This document shows positions 63,290 to 64,000 of a stretch of 64,000 nucleotides of DNA, piece by piece. Position 1 is the stretch's first letter. Each line of letters starts with the position of its first letter. Position numbers and translations under genes: made by a program. The DNA is from Nitrospirota bacterium (GTDB lineage: Bacteria; Nitrospirota; UBA9217): NCBI GenBank assembly GCA_963845065.1, contig CAWJQQ010000001.1, positions 416,001 through 480,000 of the forward strand. Direction: 5' to 3'. The notes beneath the pieces are model-generated. The model saw nothing but the letters and a program-made list of their open reading frames with translations. It did no database searches and was not told the DNA's origin.

Positions 63290-64000
63290 GAGTTTATTAT
63301 ATCAAAAATCAGAACTGGCTTCAGGAGCACATCGTCCCTGCGGTTGAAGCAGCGTCGAACCGCATAAGACGGGGTGCGGTTGCCTCCGCTTTAATCGCAG
63401 CCGTAAAATTATTACGGTTTTAAGTAATGAAGGGAATAGCGGGATGCCGTAGCTTATTTCGTGTGCGTCATAGCGGTCTTTATCGCAATCTGACTTGTTT
63501 CATTGTTCCGTCAAGCGCCTTCAGGAAGGCCATGATTCGACCAGTAATATGTAAGTTAAACAAGATGAAACTGCTGAAGAGGATGTTGAATGGATTAAAA
63601 TATGGAACAAGTTATTCTGTAGCTCAAGCAGAATAGTGGATAGCTGCTGTGTTGTCAAAAAAACGTGCAAATTAGTGCAAATGAATATCTTGGTCATACG
63701 GGAAGGGGAGGACAGAGGCAAGGCTGCATACGATCTGACGAAGTTCGCCAGACTCATGAAGCTCGAGACTAAATATGTCCGATAAACTATTTTCGGCTGA
63801 ACCAGAACATCAATCCCGCAGCAACCGATGCTTTTGTCGGTGTAGAAAACGATTTTTCGGGACAAGATCGAATAATAATTTTCAAATCATACTTACGAGC
63901 ATATGAATTCAGAGTAAAGCTAATCGGTCATGCACACGAGGTTGTGCTTGATGGCGTAATTTGTCAGTTCAGCATTCGTTTTCATTTGCATCTTTTCAAG

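Overview
This is a bacterial accessory-type region, probably from an anaerobe; the lineage cannot be fixed from sequence alone. It has no rRNA, no intact tRNA and no CRISPR array. The left ~41 kb is a mosaic. It holds signalling genes (HD-GYP, LytS/LytTR, a PAS hybrid kinase), an L,D-transpeptidase, a TPR protein, a LolA-like/ABC/outer-membrane cassette, a split B12 acyl-CoA mutase with isobutyryl-CoA-mutase-type residues plus MeaB, an S1/P1 nuclease and a GH1. It also holds many mobile elements and relics: IS481-like, IS110/IS1111, an intact IS1182, a TnpB pseudogene, a 249-bp MITE with a 16-bp target duplication, a small IS605-type element and a degenerate tRNA-fMet att site. From ~41.9 to 60.1 kb lies a co-oriented minus-strand fluoride-response island with two fluoride riboswitches. 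One riboswitch leads a seven-gene hydrogenase-4-like (Ehr) complex that lacks the NiFe cysteines and has a duplicated HyfB. The other carries a 78-bp structured insertion and leads a dynamin-like GTPase. The island also contains Fluc/CrcB, DUF190, a HAD and a GalT-like gene, plus decayed enolase, USP, antiporter, DUF2934 and second-HAD genes. The best leads for novelty are an unassigned ~290-nt highly structured RNA with its own terminator (40158-40512), the insertion-bearing riboswitch/dynamin unit, the NiFe-less Ehr operon, and a 116-bp inversion that splits the putative bridge/seek RNA of the IS1111-like element.
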